A stretch of DNA of 64,000 bases, taken from contig OY969474.1 in assembly GCA_963700145.1 (NCBI GenBank), forward strand, positions 576,001 to 640,000, read 5' to 3'. Below the pieces are notes generated by a model. The model did not search any database, had not been told where the DNA came from, and saw only the letters and a program-made list of their open reading frames with translations. Positions 48,383 to 58,026 of the stretch are shown one piece after another. Both the position numbers and the translations under genes were made by a program. How positions within the stretch are numbered: position 1 is the stretch's first letter; each line of letters starts with the position of its first letter. Origin of the DNA: an uncultured Acidobacteriota bacterium (GTDB lineage: Bacteria; Acidobacteriota; Thermoanaerobaculia; Multivoradales; UBA5704).

Positions 48383-50230
48383 TCAACCGGCGATGGCTTC
48401 GAGCCGCTCGACGATCTTCCGCGCCGCGCTCCGCCAGCTCCAGCGGTGCGCCATCTCGCAGGCGGCGGCGCGGCCGCGGCGGCGGGCCTCCGCCTGGTCC
48501 TCGAAGACCTGGCGCAGCAGGTGCCGCAGGTGCTCCGGATCGGGGTCCGCCCAGGTGAAGCCGGCGTAGTACGGGCACTTCGCCACCGCCGGCACCGTCC
48601 GCCGCACGCGCAGCGGGTAGCCGATCCCCTCGTGGAAGAACTCGGTGTGCGCCCCCCAGTCGGTGGCGATCGCCGGCAGCCCGCACGCCATCGCCTCCAT
48701 CAGCGGCATGTTCCACCCCTCCCCGCGGGAGGCGGCGACGAAGCAGTCGGCCGAGCGGTAGAGCGAGCCGAGCTGGTACTGCGGGAACTCCAGGTTGAAG
48801 AGGTACGAGATCCGCCCCCCCGAGCTCTTGAGCCGCAGGCGGCGGAGCTCCTCCTTGACGTGGACCGAGGGGTCGCGGTTGATGATCTTGCACACCAGCC
48901 GCACCGGCTCGGCGGCGGAGAAGACGTCGTTGAAGGCGCGGAGCAGCGTCCAGGGCTCCTTGCGCTCGCCCCACTCGAAGAGCGAGAGGAAGACGAACTC
49001 CCCGTCGGGGTTGGGGTAGCTGCGGATCCGCGGGTGGAAGTAGTCCGCGTCGACCCCGAGCGGCACCACGTGCACCGGCCGCTTGAGACCCGAGCGGAGG
49101 AAGCCCTGGCGGTTGAACTCGCTCGGCACCCAGACCTCGTCCATCCGGTTGGCCTGCCGCACCCATTCGCGCGGGAAACCGTCGACCTCGAGCATGGTGT
49201 AGCCGACCTTGTAGCGGGCGAGGTTGCGGCGGAAGACGTCCCCCTGCCCATAGACCACGCCCACCCGCGGCCGCAGCGGCAGCCGGCGGCCGCGGATGAC
49301 GTTCAGGCGATAGTCGCCGGAGTTCTCCGGCTCCGCTACCGGAAACACCGTCTTCGGACCGTAGACGTAGCGGTAGACCGTCCGCACCCCTTCCCGCTCG
49401 AGGGCGCGCAGCAGCTCGCGGCAGCTCGTCGCGTAGCCGGTGGGGAAGTTCATGATCGACTGCCAGGCCAGCTCCCGGCGGTAGCGCCCCTCGAGCGCCG
49501 CGCCCCACTTCCGCCGGAAGGTCTTGCGGCTCCCCTGGAAGAGGCGGTTGAAGGTCCCGTCGTCGCCGCGGGTCGAGCCGTGCTCGTCGTGGATCAGCGT
49601 CACGTCGCCGCAGAGCACCGTGCGGAAGCCCGCCTGGCGGGCGCGCAGGCAGTAGTCGGTGTCCTCGAAGTAGGACTCGAAGTCGAGCGACAGGCCGCCG
49701 ATCGCCGTCACCACCTCGCGTTTGATGTAGGCGCAGGCGAAGACGATCCCCTCGACGTCGAACACCCCGGCGTACTGGCCGACGTCCTTCTCGAGCGAGC
49801 CCACCTGCTGGCCCCACATGGTGTCGGGCATCATGTAGGTGCCGGCGTGCAGCAGCCGCCCGTCCGGCAGCGCCAGCCGGCAGCCGACGATCCCCCGGTC
49901 GGCCGCGCCGTGGACGCAGGCGCGCAACCGCTGCAACCAGTCGCGCTGGGTGAACTCGAGGTCGTTGTTGAGCAGGACGATGTCGGACGCCGGATCGGCC
50001 GCCTCGATGCCGGCGTTGTTGCCGCGCACGAAGCCGGCGTTGGTCGGCAGCCTGACGGTGCGCACCCAGCCGAGCTCGGCCAGGCGCTGCGGCGTCTCGT
50101 CGGTCGAGCCGTTGTCGACGACCAGCACCTCGGCGCCGGTCAAGTCGGTGGCGCGCAGGGTCTCGAGGCAGCGCCGGGTGAGGTCCCAGCGGTTCCAGGC
50201 GAGGACGATGAGGCTGGCCGGGCGCGTCAT
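48383..50230 (-). CDS. Bifunctional GT2 + GT4 glycosyltransferase
   Basis: N-terminal VVDNGSTD/LLNND/FEDTDYC and C-terminal SRGEGWNMPLMEAMACGLP. Confidence 0.9.
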   Translation of the reverse strand: MTRPASLIVLAWNRWDLTRRCLETLRATDLTGAEVLVVDNGSTDETPQRLAELGWVRTVRLPTNAGFVRGNNAGIEAADPASDIVLLNNDLEFTQRDWLQRLRACVHGAADRGIVGCRLALPDGRLLHAGTYMMPDTMWGQQVGSLEKDVGQYAGVFDVEGIVFACAYIKREVVTAIGGLSLDFESYFEDTDYCLRARQAGFRTVLCGDVTLIHDEHGSTRGDDGTFNRLFQGSRKTFRRKWGAALEGRYRRELAWQSIMNFPTGYATSCRELLRALEREGVRTVYRYVYGPKTVFPVAEPENSGDYRLNVIRGRRLPLRPRVGVVYGQGDVFRRNLARYKVGYTMLEVDGFPREWVRQANRMDEVWVPSEFNRQGFLRSGLKRPVHVVPLGVDADYFHPRIRSYPNPDGEFVFLSLFEWGERKEPWTLLRAFNDVFSAAEPVRLVCKIINRDPSVHVKEELRRLRLKSSGGRISYLFNLEFPQYQLGSLYRSADCFVAASRGEGWNMPLMEAMACGLPAIATDWGAHTEFFHEGIGYPLRVRRTVPAVAKCPYYAGFTWADPDPEHLRHLLRQVFEDQAEARRRGRAAACEMAHRWSWRSAARKIVERLEAIAG

Positions 50231-50517
50231 CGCGGCGCCGGGCCGAGGTGAAGCGAGCTCCAAAGGTCCTCCAGGGTCTCGTCCACCTCGGCGGGGGTGA
50301 GCGCGATGGTCTCGCGCCAGAGGCTCGGCTCGTAGGCGTTGCGCGGCAGCGGCGGCAGGCCGGCCCGCACCCGCGCGATCACCAGCAGGTCCCGCTTGCA
50401 GATGTGCTTCTGGATCCGGACCAGCTCGCGGGACCGCGTCTCCAGCGCGTGCTCGAGGGCCACGACGCGCGCTTCCAGCCGGGCGATCGTCTCCCGGGGC
50501 TCCGTCTCGGCGCTCAC
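50227..50517 (-). CDS. Small coiled-coil hypothetical protein
   Basis: GTG start overlaps the upstream stop and its own stop overlaps the next ATG. Amphipathic IARLEARVVALEHALE. Confidence 0.6.
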   Translation of the reverse strand: MSAETEPRETIARLEARVVALEHALETRSRELVRIQKHICKRDLLVIARVRAGLPPLPRNAYEPSLWRETIALTPAEVDETLEDLWSSLHLGPAPR

Positions 50518-50816
50518 CAGGCCCGCCCGACGACCCGCCGCAGCGCCTGGATCAGCTGCCAGGGCCGCGACTTGAGGACCGCCTCGTGGAAGGACGCCAG
50601 CCGCTCGACGTCGCGCCGCAGGCGCCAGACCTCCGGAGAATCTTCGCGCGGCGAGGACCAGGTCTCCACCCCGTCCTCGGCCCCCCATTGCACCGTGGCG
50701 AGGCGGTCCTCCCAGGCCTGGTGCTCGTGCTCCCGCAGGCGGCGATCGAAGGCCTCGGCCTCCAGGCGGCCGAGGCGGCGGTACTCGTCGAGGTCGCGCT
50801 GCGTCGCTACTGTCAT
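50514..50816 (-). CDS. Small hypothetical protein with coiled coil and SRPWQLIQALRR tail
   Basis: First gene of the coupled three-gene unit. Confidence 0.65.
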   Translation of the reverse strand: MTVATQRDLDEYRRLGRLEAEAFDRRLREHEHQAWEDRLATVQWGAEDGVETWSSPREDSPEVWRLRRDVERLASFHEAVLKSRPWQLIQALRRVVGRAW

Positions 50817-50891
50817 GTCTAAGAGAGCATAGTACGGACGGGTGCGGAGCGTTGCGACCCCAGGGCGCGAAACCTATACTGGCGCGGCGTT

Positions 50892-51659
50892 TTGACCACG
50901 CCAGCCACAGGTCGATCGCCCGCCCAGCGCGCGCAGAAGGTGTGCGTGGTCATGCCGGCGTACAACGCCGAGCGGACGCTTGAGCGCACCTTCCGCGACC
51001 TGCCGCTCGACTGGGTGGACGACATCGTCCTGGTTGACGACTCGAGCCGCGACCGCACCGCCGAGGTGGCCCGGCGGCTCGGGCTCTACGCCGTCGTCCA
51101 CCCGCGCAACCGCGGCTACGGCGGCAACCAGAAGACCTGCTATCGGGAGGCCCTGGCGCGCGGCGCGGACATCGTGGTGATGGTCCACCCCGACCACCAG
51201 TACGACCCCCGGACGCTGCCCGAGCTGGTGCGGCCGCTCCTCGCCGGCGAGTGCGACGCGGTGTTCGGCAGCCGCATGCTCGGCGGCCGGCCGCTGGAGG
51301 GTGGGATGCCGAAGTGGAAGTATCTGGGGAACCTCTTCCTGACCGCGGTCGCCAACGCCACCTTCTACGTCTTCTTGTCGGAGTACCACTCCGGTCTCCG
51401 TGCTTACAGCCGCCGCTACCTCGAGAGCGTCAACCTGGACGCCAACTCCGACAACTTCGTCTTCGACACCGAGATCATCGCCCAAGGAGTATGGCGGGGC
51501 CTGCGCTTCCGGGAGATCCCGATCGCCACCCGCTACTTCGATGAGGCCTCGCAGATTGGCTTCTGGCGTAGCGTGCAGTACGGGTTCTCGATCCTCGCCG
51601 TGCTGGCGAAGTTCAAGTTGCAGAAGAAGAGGCTCGCCGATCTCGCTCTCTTCGCCTGA
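50892..51659 (+). CDS. DPM1-like GT2 glycosyltransferase
   Basis: VVMPAYNA, VDDSSRD, NRGYGGNQK, HPDHQYDP and FVFDTE. Confidence 0.9.
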   Translation: MTTPATGRSPAQRAQKVCVVMPAYNAERTLERTFRDLPLDWVDDIVLVDDSSRDRTAEVARRLGLYAVVHPRNRGYGGNQKTCYREALARGADIVVMVHPDHQYDPRTLPELVRPLLAGECDAVFGSRMLGGRPLEGGMPKWKYLGNLFLTAVANATFYVFLSEYHSGLRAYSRRYLESVNLDANSDNFVFDTEIIAQGVWRGLRFREIPIATRYFDEASQIGFWRSVQYGFSILAVLAKFKLQKKRLADLALFA

Positions 51660-52347
51660 GCCCTACGTCCTCAAGGACCTCGCCGGCTCGAGCCACCGGC
51701 GGCTCGCGGCCTGGGTGGGGGAGCTGCCGCGGGGCGCCCGTCTCCTGGAGCTAGGCCCTGGCGCCAGCCACGTGGCGCGTCTGGCGCGCCGACCGGACCT
51801 GGTCTGGCACGGCATCGAGCGCCGACTCGACTGCCTCGGTCCGCTGTGCGAGACGCTCGGCGGCGGCCTTCTCGCCGACCTGGAGGCCCTCCCGCGGCTG
51901 CCCGCTGGGTACGCAATGGTGGTGGCCGGCGACGTCCTGGAGCACCTCGCCGACCCGGAGCGGGCCTTGGATCTGGCACGGCGGGCGCTGCTGCCGGGTG
52001 GCGCGCTCTTGGTCTCGGTGCCGAACGTGGCGAACCTCTGGGTGCGGTTGAACCTGCTGGTGGGCCGCTTCCCGTATGCGGACCGCGGCATCCTCGACCG
52101 CACCCATCGCACCTTCTACACCCGTGTCTCCCTGCGCCGAGCGCTGGAGGGGGCGGGCTTCGCCGTCGAGCGCGAAACGGTCTCGCCGATCCCGCTGCGG
52201 CTCGCGCTGCCGCGCTGGCCGCTCGCACTCGTCGCGCCCGTCGACGCTCTGCTGCGCGGGGCGACCGCGCTCCTCCCGGCGCTCCTCGGCTACCAGCTCC
52301 TGGCCCGAGCACGTGCACCGCGCCTTCCCGCCCTTGCTGAGCCTTAG
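51640..52347 (+). CDS. SAM-dependent methyltransferase
   Basis: YVLKDLAGSSH, LLELGPG, DVLEHLADP, SVPNVAN and GILDRTH. No canonical start near the 5' end; in-frame ATC at 51640. Confidence 0.75.
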   Translation: MSLSSPEPYVLKDLAGSSHRRLAAWVGELPRGARLLELGPGASHVARLARRPDLVWHGIERRLDCLGPLCETLGGGLLADLEALPRLPAGYAMVVAGDVLEHLADPERALDLARRALLPGGALLVSVPNVANLWVRLNLLVGRFPYADRGILDRTHRTFYTRVSLRRALEGAGFAVERETVSPIPLRLALPRWPLALVAPVDALLRGATALLPALLGYQLLARARAPRLPALAEP

Positions 52348-54365
52348 CGGGCCGGCGGCGCGACCTCGACGGGGTGGTCGGAGAAGCCGCCGCCGGCCTG
52401 GTCGAGCCAGGCGACGGTCTCCTGGACGAAGGTGAGGCGGAGGAGGTAGCGGCCCGGCGCCGCGGGGGCGCGCGCCCGCACCCTCATCTCGACCGTGTCG
52501 CCGGGCGGCACGTCGTGCGGCAGGAGCGAGCGCTCCCCGTCGGCCACCGGGGCGCGGCCGTCCGACGCCAGCCAGCGGTAGGAGGCGGCGACCCGCAGGG
52601 CGCCGGCCTGGAGCGGCGCTCCGGCGGCCGACCAAGCGGCGTCGCTGCAGTTGGCGACCTTCACGCGGGCGGAGAACTCGGCGCCCGGAGCCACCCGCGC
52701 CGGCGCCGTGGCGGCGAGGAACTCGGCGCACGGCCGGCCAAGCGGCAGCGGCTCCAGGAAAAGCGGCGGCGGCAGCGGCCGCCGGCCGCCGGGGCCGACG
52801 TAAAGGCGGTAGCCGGCCACGCGGAGCACGCGGTAGGGACGCCCGGAGCTGGCGAGCTGATTGCGCAGAAGACCCTCCAGCCCCTCGGCCTCGGCGCGCC
52901 CTGCAGGAGCCAGGTCCACGCCCTCGCCGGGGAAAATCCAGGCCACCCGCTCCGCGGCGGCCAGACGCCGGGAGTAGCGGGGATAGCGATCCCAGCCCAG
53001 ATAGGGAACGAAAACCAGCCGCTCCGCGGCGAGGAAGGTGGCCTTGTAGGCATCCCAGTAGCGAGCGTAGCCCCCCGCGAAGCCGCGCGCCTCGAGCGCC
53101 GCGACGACGTCGCGCAGTGGCTCGCGCTTGGCGTTGAGCTCCAGCGAAGGGGTCAGAAGGCCGCGGTCGATGAGCCAGAGGACCGACTGCAGGGTGGGGA
53201 GGGCCACGGCAAGGAGGCCCGCCGCCAGGGCGACGGGGAGGGCGCGGCGGCCCCAGCGGACGAGGGCGGTGGCCGCCAACGGCAGTGCGGTGAGCCAGGG
53301 GAGGAGGTAGCGGTTGGAGCCCGCGTCCTGGGGGTTGGGGCTGAGCACGAAGAGTAGGGCCACGAGCGGGACCAGAGCGACGAGCAGCCCTTCGAGCAGG
53401 CGGCGGCCGCCACCCCCGGCCGGGGAGCGCACGACGCGGACTAACGCCAAACCCCAAGCCAGGGCGTAGCCCAGGAGGAGGAGGGCGCCCAGCCAGGAGG
53501 CAGCGGCTCCCAGGCCGGGCCCGTTCTCGAGCGCGAGCGGCGCCTCCGGGTGGAGATTGACGCCGAAGAGGGCAGGGATGCAGTCGCTCAGCAGCAGGCG
53601 GAGGTTGGAGACGATCTGCTCGCCGGCGGCAAGGACGTAGGCCGGGCGCTTCGCACCCCGCCCGCCAGCCGCGAGGAGCGCGATCTTGGGAGCGGCTCCG
53701 AGGGCGAAGCCGGCCGCCGCTGCCGCCGTCGCGGCGAGCGGCCGTTGCAAGGCCGTGACGATCCAGGGGCGTTGCAGCAGGGCGAAGCCGCCCGCCAGGA
53801 GGAGAAGAGCGAGGTAGGCCACGTAGAGCTCGAAGATGTAGAGCCCGAAGCCGGCGAGGAAGCCGAGTGCCGCCCAGCGCCCCAGGCGCGAAGGCGCCTG
53901 CAGCGTGCGGAGAAGGTAAAGCAGAGTCAGGGTCCCCCAGGCGACGATCAGGCAGAAGCCGCTCACTGCCAGCGTGCTCCAGCGCAGGAGCTGGGGGGAG
54001 AAGACGGCGAGGAGGGCCACCCCGACCAGCCCCTCCGGCGCGCCGTAGAGGGCGCGGCCGAGGGCGAACAGCGCGACCCCGAGCGCCAGGAAGCCGACCA
54101 CCGCGGAGAGCTTGAAGGCCAGGGCGGTAGGCCCCAGGAAGACCACGAAAGGGATCGCCAGGAGGCCCTCGACGATGCCGTAGTAGGTCGTGTCCCAACT
54201 GAATGCGGAGAGCTCCCTCCCCGCCAGGAGGTGCTGGAGGGCGAGCGCGTTGACCGCCTCGTCGGAGGTGAGCGTCGCCTCGGCGTTGGCCAGCAGCGGG
54301 AGGCGGAAGAGCAGGCTCGCGGCGAGGAGCGCGCCGACGAGGACAAACTGGGCTCGACTCGACAA
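52344..54365 (-). CDS. ArnT/PMT-like GT-C glycosyltransferase with C-terminal Ig-like domain
   Basis: TSDEAV acidic motif after TM1, many TM helices, NRYLLP, and C-terminal V.V.N....W...GRYLLRLTFVQETVAW. Confidence 0.75.
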   Translation of the reverse strand: MSSRAQFVLVGALLAASLLFRLPLLANAEATLTSDEAVNALALQHLLAGRELSAFSWDTTYYGIVEGLLAIPFVVFLGPTALAFKLSAVVGFLALGVALFALGRALYGAPEGLVGVALLAVFSPQLLRWSTLAVSGFCLIVAWGTLTLLYLLRTLQAPSRLGRWAALGFLAGFGLYIFELYVAYLALLLLAGGFALLQRPWIVTALQRPLAATAAAAAGFALGAAPKIALLAAGGRGAKRPAYVLAAGEQIVSNLRLLLSDCIPALFGVNLHPEAPLALENGPGLGAAASWLGALLLLGYALAWGLALVRVVRSPAGGGGRRLLEGLLVALVPLVALLFVLSPNPQDAGSNRYLLPWLTALPLAATALVRWGRRALPVALAAGLLAVALPTLQSVLWLIDRGLLTPSLELNAKREPLRDVVAALEARGFAGGYARYWDAYKATFLAAERLVFVPYLGWDRYPRYSRRLAAAERVAWIFPGEGVDLAPAGRAEAEGLEGLLRNQLASSGRPYRVLRVAGYRLYVGPGGRRPLPPPLFLEPLPLGRPCAEFLAATAPARVAPGAEFSARVKVANCSDAAWSAAGAPLQAGALRVAASYRWLASDGRAPVADGERSLLPHDVPPGDTVEMRVRARAPAAPGRYLLRLTFVQETVAWLDQAGGGFSDHPVEVAPPAR

Positions 54366-54383
54366 GGAACCTCTCCGGGCCCT

Positions 54384-54417
54384 AAAAGCAAACAGGCGGC
54401 CGGAGCGGCCGCCTGTT
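54384..54417 (-). terminator. Rho-independent terminator
   Basis: On the minus strand an 11-bp AACAGGCGGCC/GGCCGCCTGTT stem is followed by TGCTTTT. Confidence 0.7.
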
Positions 54418-54439
54418 CAGCTCGCGCCCGTGCGGCGCG

Positions 54440-54916
54440 TCACATGAAGTATCCGGTGACGTCGAAGATGATGTGGCCGGTACCGCCGAGTGTGTTCGGC
54501 ATCGCATAGCGGAAGTTGAGGTCGTTCGCCCCCCCGCTGTCGGGGCCGAGCGGGACGATCGCCCCGTTGGCGAGCGCCGGCTCGTTCTGCAGGAAGTTCA
54601 AGGTGGATACCAGGGGCTCTGAGACTCCCACCGGCCAGAGCATGACGTGGCCGTTACCCGTCGGTTGCACCACCGTCACGTTCAGAGTCACCGCCTTGGC
54701 GCCGACGGGGATGCCGCAGTTGCCCTGGATCCGCAGCGAATGAAGACCCTTCGGCAGGGGTGTCGCGCCATCCCCGTCGAATCGCGAGTCGTAGATCCGG
54801 CAGGGAGAGAGAGCGTGGAACTGGAAGGGACCGTCTGCCCAGGCGACGCTAGGCAGCGCGATCGCGATGACCGCGGAAGCGAACAACGTTGCGGTGATGA
54901 CCGAATTCCGTTTCAC
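54440..54916 (-). CDS. Small secreted protein with 'F..LSPCR.YD.R' Ig-like module
   Basis: GAGGAGG RBS plus GTG, signal peptide, CGIPVGAKAVTLNVTVV and HIIFDVTGYF. Confidence 0.8.
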   Translation of the reverse strand: MKRNSVITATLFASAVIAIALPSVAWADGPFQFHALSPCRIYDSRFDGDGATPLPKGLHSLRIQGNCGIPVGAKAVTLNVTVVQPTGNGHVMLWPVGVSEPLVSTLNFLQNEPALANGAIVPLGPDSGGANDLNFRYAMPNTLGGTGHIIFDVTGYFM

Positions 54917-55188
54917 AGTCCTTCCTCCTCGTCGTAGGTAGCAGGTGAAGGATACCACAACACACCAGAGTCGGGGGTGCCAGGATCGCCAGGGCATTGT
55001 TTCCGCCCGACTTCCGCCTAAGGTCGCCCGCATCCACACGCTGGCTAGCCTGTCATCGAGCTGCCACCCCTTGACCGCGACGCCCTCGTAGCCGTCAACT
55101 AGGTCGACCCGCCATCCGTCTGCGGCGGCGGCGGGTCTCCCCACGCGGGCGCTTTCGGCGTCAGGATCACCCTGCGCCAGAGGAAAGG

Positions 55189-56595
55189 TTGGCGGTGCAG
55201 CCCAACATCCTCTTTGTGATGGCCGACCAGATGCGCTTCGACGCGCTCGGGATCGTCAACGGGTGGGCCCAAACGCCCAACCTGAACCGTCTCGCGCGCA
55301 GCGGGTTCCTGTTTCATGGCGTCGTCACCAACTCCGCTGAGTGCATCCCGGCGCGTTTCAGCCTCGCGGTTGGTCTCTATCCGCATCAGACCGGTGTTTG
55401 GCAGAACGGCGTTCATACCCTGAATCCCGAATGCCCGAACTGGATGCAGGCCGTCGAGCAGGCTGGATACTCTACCAGCGTGTTCGGCAAGACCCACCTC
55501 CATCCGCACGCAGGAGACCTGCGGGAACGCGTTCATCTCATGCACGCCTATGGACTGCAGGTGGTCGATGAGACCACGGGCCCTCACGCGAGTGTGCACG
55601 TCATGAGCAACATGACGCAATCCTGGCAGGAGCAGGGTCTATGGGAGCGATATCGAGCGGATGTGGCAAGCCGAATTGAATCCAAGCGCCATCTCGTCCG
55701 CCCATCGGTGCTCGGCGCCGAGCACCACTACGACGTCTACGTCGGCCGGCAGGCCGCGCGCTATCTGGCGGATCTCGATGATCCACGGCCCTGGTTCTGC
55801 TGGGTGAGCTTCGGCGGTCCGCACGAGCCCTGGGACGCTCCCGAACCCTATGCGAGCCTCTACGCAGACGCGGATATTCCATCGCCTATTCCGCGGCTGC
55901 GGGGGCACGAACGAGTGCGTGGCCTGCTGCGGCGCGCGTTTGACTCCGACTACTACAGCCCGCCGCTGCGCCCGGAAGAGGTGCGGGCAATGCGCGCCAA
56001 CTATGCGGGGAACGTGGCACTGATTGACGATCAGATCGGGCTCATACTCGAAGCTGTTCGAAGCAGAGGCGAGCTCGACCGCACATTGATCGTCTTCACT
56101 TCGGATCACGGCGAGATGAACGGCGACCAAGGATTGATTTACAAGGCGAATTTTCTGGATCAGGTCATCCAGGTCCCCCTGATCATCCGGCCGCCGTATC
56201 ACGACGAACCTACTGCGGGCCGCGCGCTGAGCGTGGTCGCCGAATGGATGGATGTCGGCGCCACCATCGTGGACTACGCCGGCGGCGAGCTCCCTGATCT
56301 CTCGCATGCCAGGTCGCTGCGGCCGCTCATCGAAGATGGAGCGATCGCCCCGCGAGAGTTCGCTGTGAGTGAGTTCCTCGGCCATACGGCGATCATCAAC
56401 TGCCGCTGGAAGATCGAATTCGGTCCCGACGAGAGTCCGGCGCTCCTATTCGATCGCGCTGCCGACCCGTTCGAGCAAGACAACCTCGCGGACGATAGCC
56501 GCTATGCCGGCACGACGGCCGAGCTCAAAGGCCTACTAACCGCCTTTCGCGCCGCTAGTCCGGCTCCTCCGATCGAGGTGACTCGGCGTGGTTGA
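55189..56595 (+). CDS. Cys-type sulfatase (choline-sulfatase-like), cytoplasmic
   Basis: PNILFVMADQ, CIPAR (CxPxR), GKTH, PHEPW and SDHGE. Confidence 0.9.
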   Translation: MAVQPNILFVMADQMRFDALGIVNGWAQTPNLNRLARSGFLFHGVVTNSAECIPARFSLAVGLYPHQTGVWQNGVHTLNPECPNWMQAVEQAGYSTSVFGKTHLHPHAGDLRERVHLMHAYGLQVVDETTGPHASVHVMSNMTQSWQEQGLWERYRADVASRIESKRHLVRPSVLGAEHHYDVYVGRQAARYLADLDDPRPWFCWVSFGGPHEPWDAPEPYASLYADADIPSPIPRLRGHERVRGLLRRAFDSDYYSPPLRPEEVRAMRANYAGNVALIDDQIGLILEAVRSRGELDRTLIVFTSDHGEMNGDQGLIYKANFLDQVIQVPLIIRPPYHDEPTAGRALSVVAEWMDVGATIVDYAGGELPDLSHARSLRPLIEDGAIAPREFAVSEFLGHTAIINCRWKIEFGPDESPALLFDRAADPFEQDNLADDSRYAGTTAELKGLLTAFRAASPAPPIEVTRRG

Positions 56596-58012
56596 CGCCG
56601 GCTCCGTGCTGTTCGTAACGCTCGACTCGTGCCGCTATGACACGTTTGCCGGAGCCAACGTGCCAGCGATGCGAAGGGTCGGGCCCCTGCACCGAGCTCA
56701 AGCGCCGTCCTACTTCACTTTCGCTTCACACGCCGCCATGTTCGCGGGCTTTACGCCGGGAGTGGCGACTGTCGCGGCGCCTTTGGTCAATCCCAAGTTC
56801 GCGAAGATCTTCAAGCTCGCTGGTCCGAGCTTTCCGGGCAAGGGCAGCGAGGGCTTTGCGCTCGAGGGGCGCAACATCATCGACGGCTTCAAGCGCCTGG
56901 GCTATCTCACGCTTGGCTCCGGCGCCGTCGGTTGGTTCGACCCGAGCGCGCCGGCGAGCCAGCTCCTGCTCGGCGAGTTCGACGAGTTCTACTACCCCGG
57001 CTATTCCTGGTCGCTTCCCCGGCAGCTCGAGTGGATCGACGACCGGTTGACGCAGCGCCGTGGTACGCCAATCTTTTTGTTTCTCAACATCGGCGAGACC
57101 CATGTGCCCTACTACCATGAAGGCGCGCCGTGGAGCCGCGGCGACAACCCGTGCGTTCCCTTCCAGATGGTCGATCGTTCGGCCGACTGCAGGTTCCGCC
57201 AACGTGCCTGCCTGGAATTCGTCGACGGGGCACTGGCTCCTCTGCTGCAGCGGTTTTCCGCCGCAACGATCGTCGTGTGCGCCGACCACGGTGATTGTTG
57301 GGGGGAGGACGGGGTCTGGGAGCACGGCGTCAGCCATCCCATGACGCTGACCGTGCCGTTGATCATCCGGCTGCGCGGTGTCGCTGTCGGCGGGGCGGCG
57401 AAAGTCCTGAGCGGAGAGCGCAGCGGCGCCTACGACGCCGTGCCGCTCGGACCGGTAGAGGAGTTCCTGGAGCGCACCGAAGGGATGATCAACCTCGAGG
57501 AAGGGAAGCTCCTATACCAGCTCGCCCGTGACGTACGAGAGGGCTGCATCATCGAGGTGGGCGCTTATCGCGGGCGTTCGACGGTCGCGCTCGGCCGGGG
57601 CTCGCTGGATGGACATCGGGTCCCGGTGTTCACAATCGAGCCTCACCAGTCGTTTACCGGCGTGCTGGGCGCGCGATTCGGCCCCGCTGATGCCGGGGCC
57701 TTTCATCGGGCGCTGCTCGAGACCGGTTGTTACCACGTGGTGCGTCCGATCAGTCTCAGCAGCGAGCAGGTGGTGCAGGGCTGGCAGGTGCCAGTCGGAT
57801 TGTTATGGATCGACGGCGATCATCGATACGAGGGCGTGCGACGCGATTTCGAGAGTTGGCGCCCGCACCTGCTCAGCGGCGCCAGGGTGGTGTTCGACGA
57901 CGCGAGTGATCCTGCGCTCGGACCGTACCGCTTGATCGCAGAGCTCATGGTGACCGGTGGGTACGAGAAGGTTGAAGAATTCGGAAAGATGACGCTCCTG
58001 CGCGTGCGCTGA
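56588..58012 (+). CDS. Alkaline-phosphatase/sulfatase-like metalloenzyme fused to a Methyltransf_24-like domain
   Basis: N-terminal VTLDSCRYD...ETHVPY...ADHGDCWGEDG and C-terminal IEVGAYRGRST...WIDGDHRYEGVRRD...FDD. Confidence 0.75.
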   Translation: MVDAGSVLFVTLDSCRYDTFAGANVPAMRRVGPLHRAQAPSYFTFASHAAMFAGFTPGVATVAAPLVNPKFAKIFKLAGPSFPGKGSEGFALEGRNIIDGFKRLGYLTLGSGAVGWFDPSAPASQLLLGEFDEFYYPGYSWSLPRQLEWIDDRLTQRRGTPIFLFLNIGETHVPYYHEGAPWSRGDNPCVPFQMVDRSADCRFRQRACLEFVDGALAPLLQRFSAATIVVCADHGDCWGEDGVWEHGVSHPMTLTVPLIIRLRGVAVGGAAKVLSGERSGAYDAVPLGPVEEFLERTEGMINLEEGKLLYQLARDVREGCIIEVGAYRGRSTVALGRGSLDGHRVPVFTIEPHQSFTGVLGARFGPADAGAFHRALLETGCYHVVRPISLSSEQVVQGWQVPVGLLWIDGDHRYEGVRRDFESWRPHLLSGARVVFDDASDPALGPYRLIAELMVTGGYEKVEEFGKMTLLRVR

Positions 58013-58026
58013 CGATCCGCGAGCCC

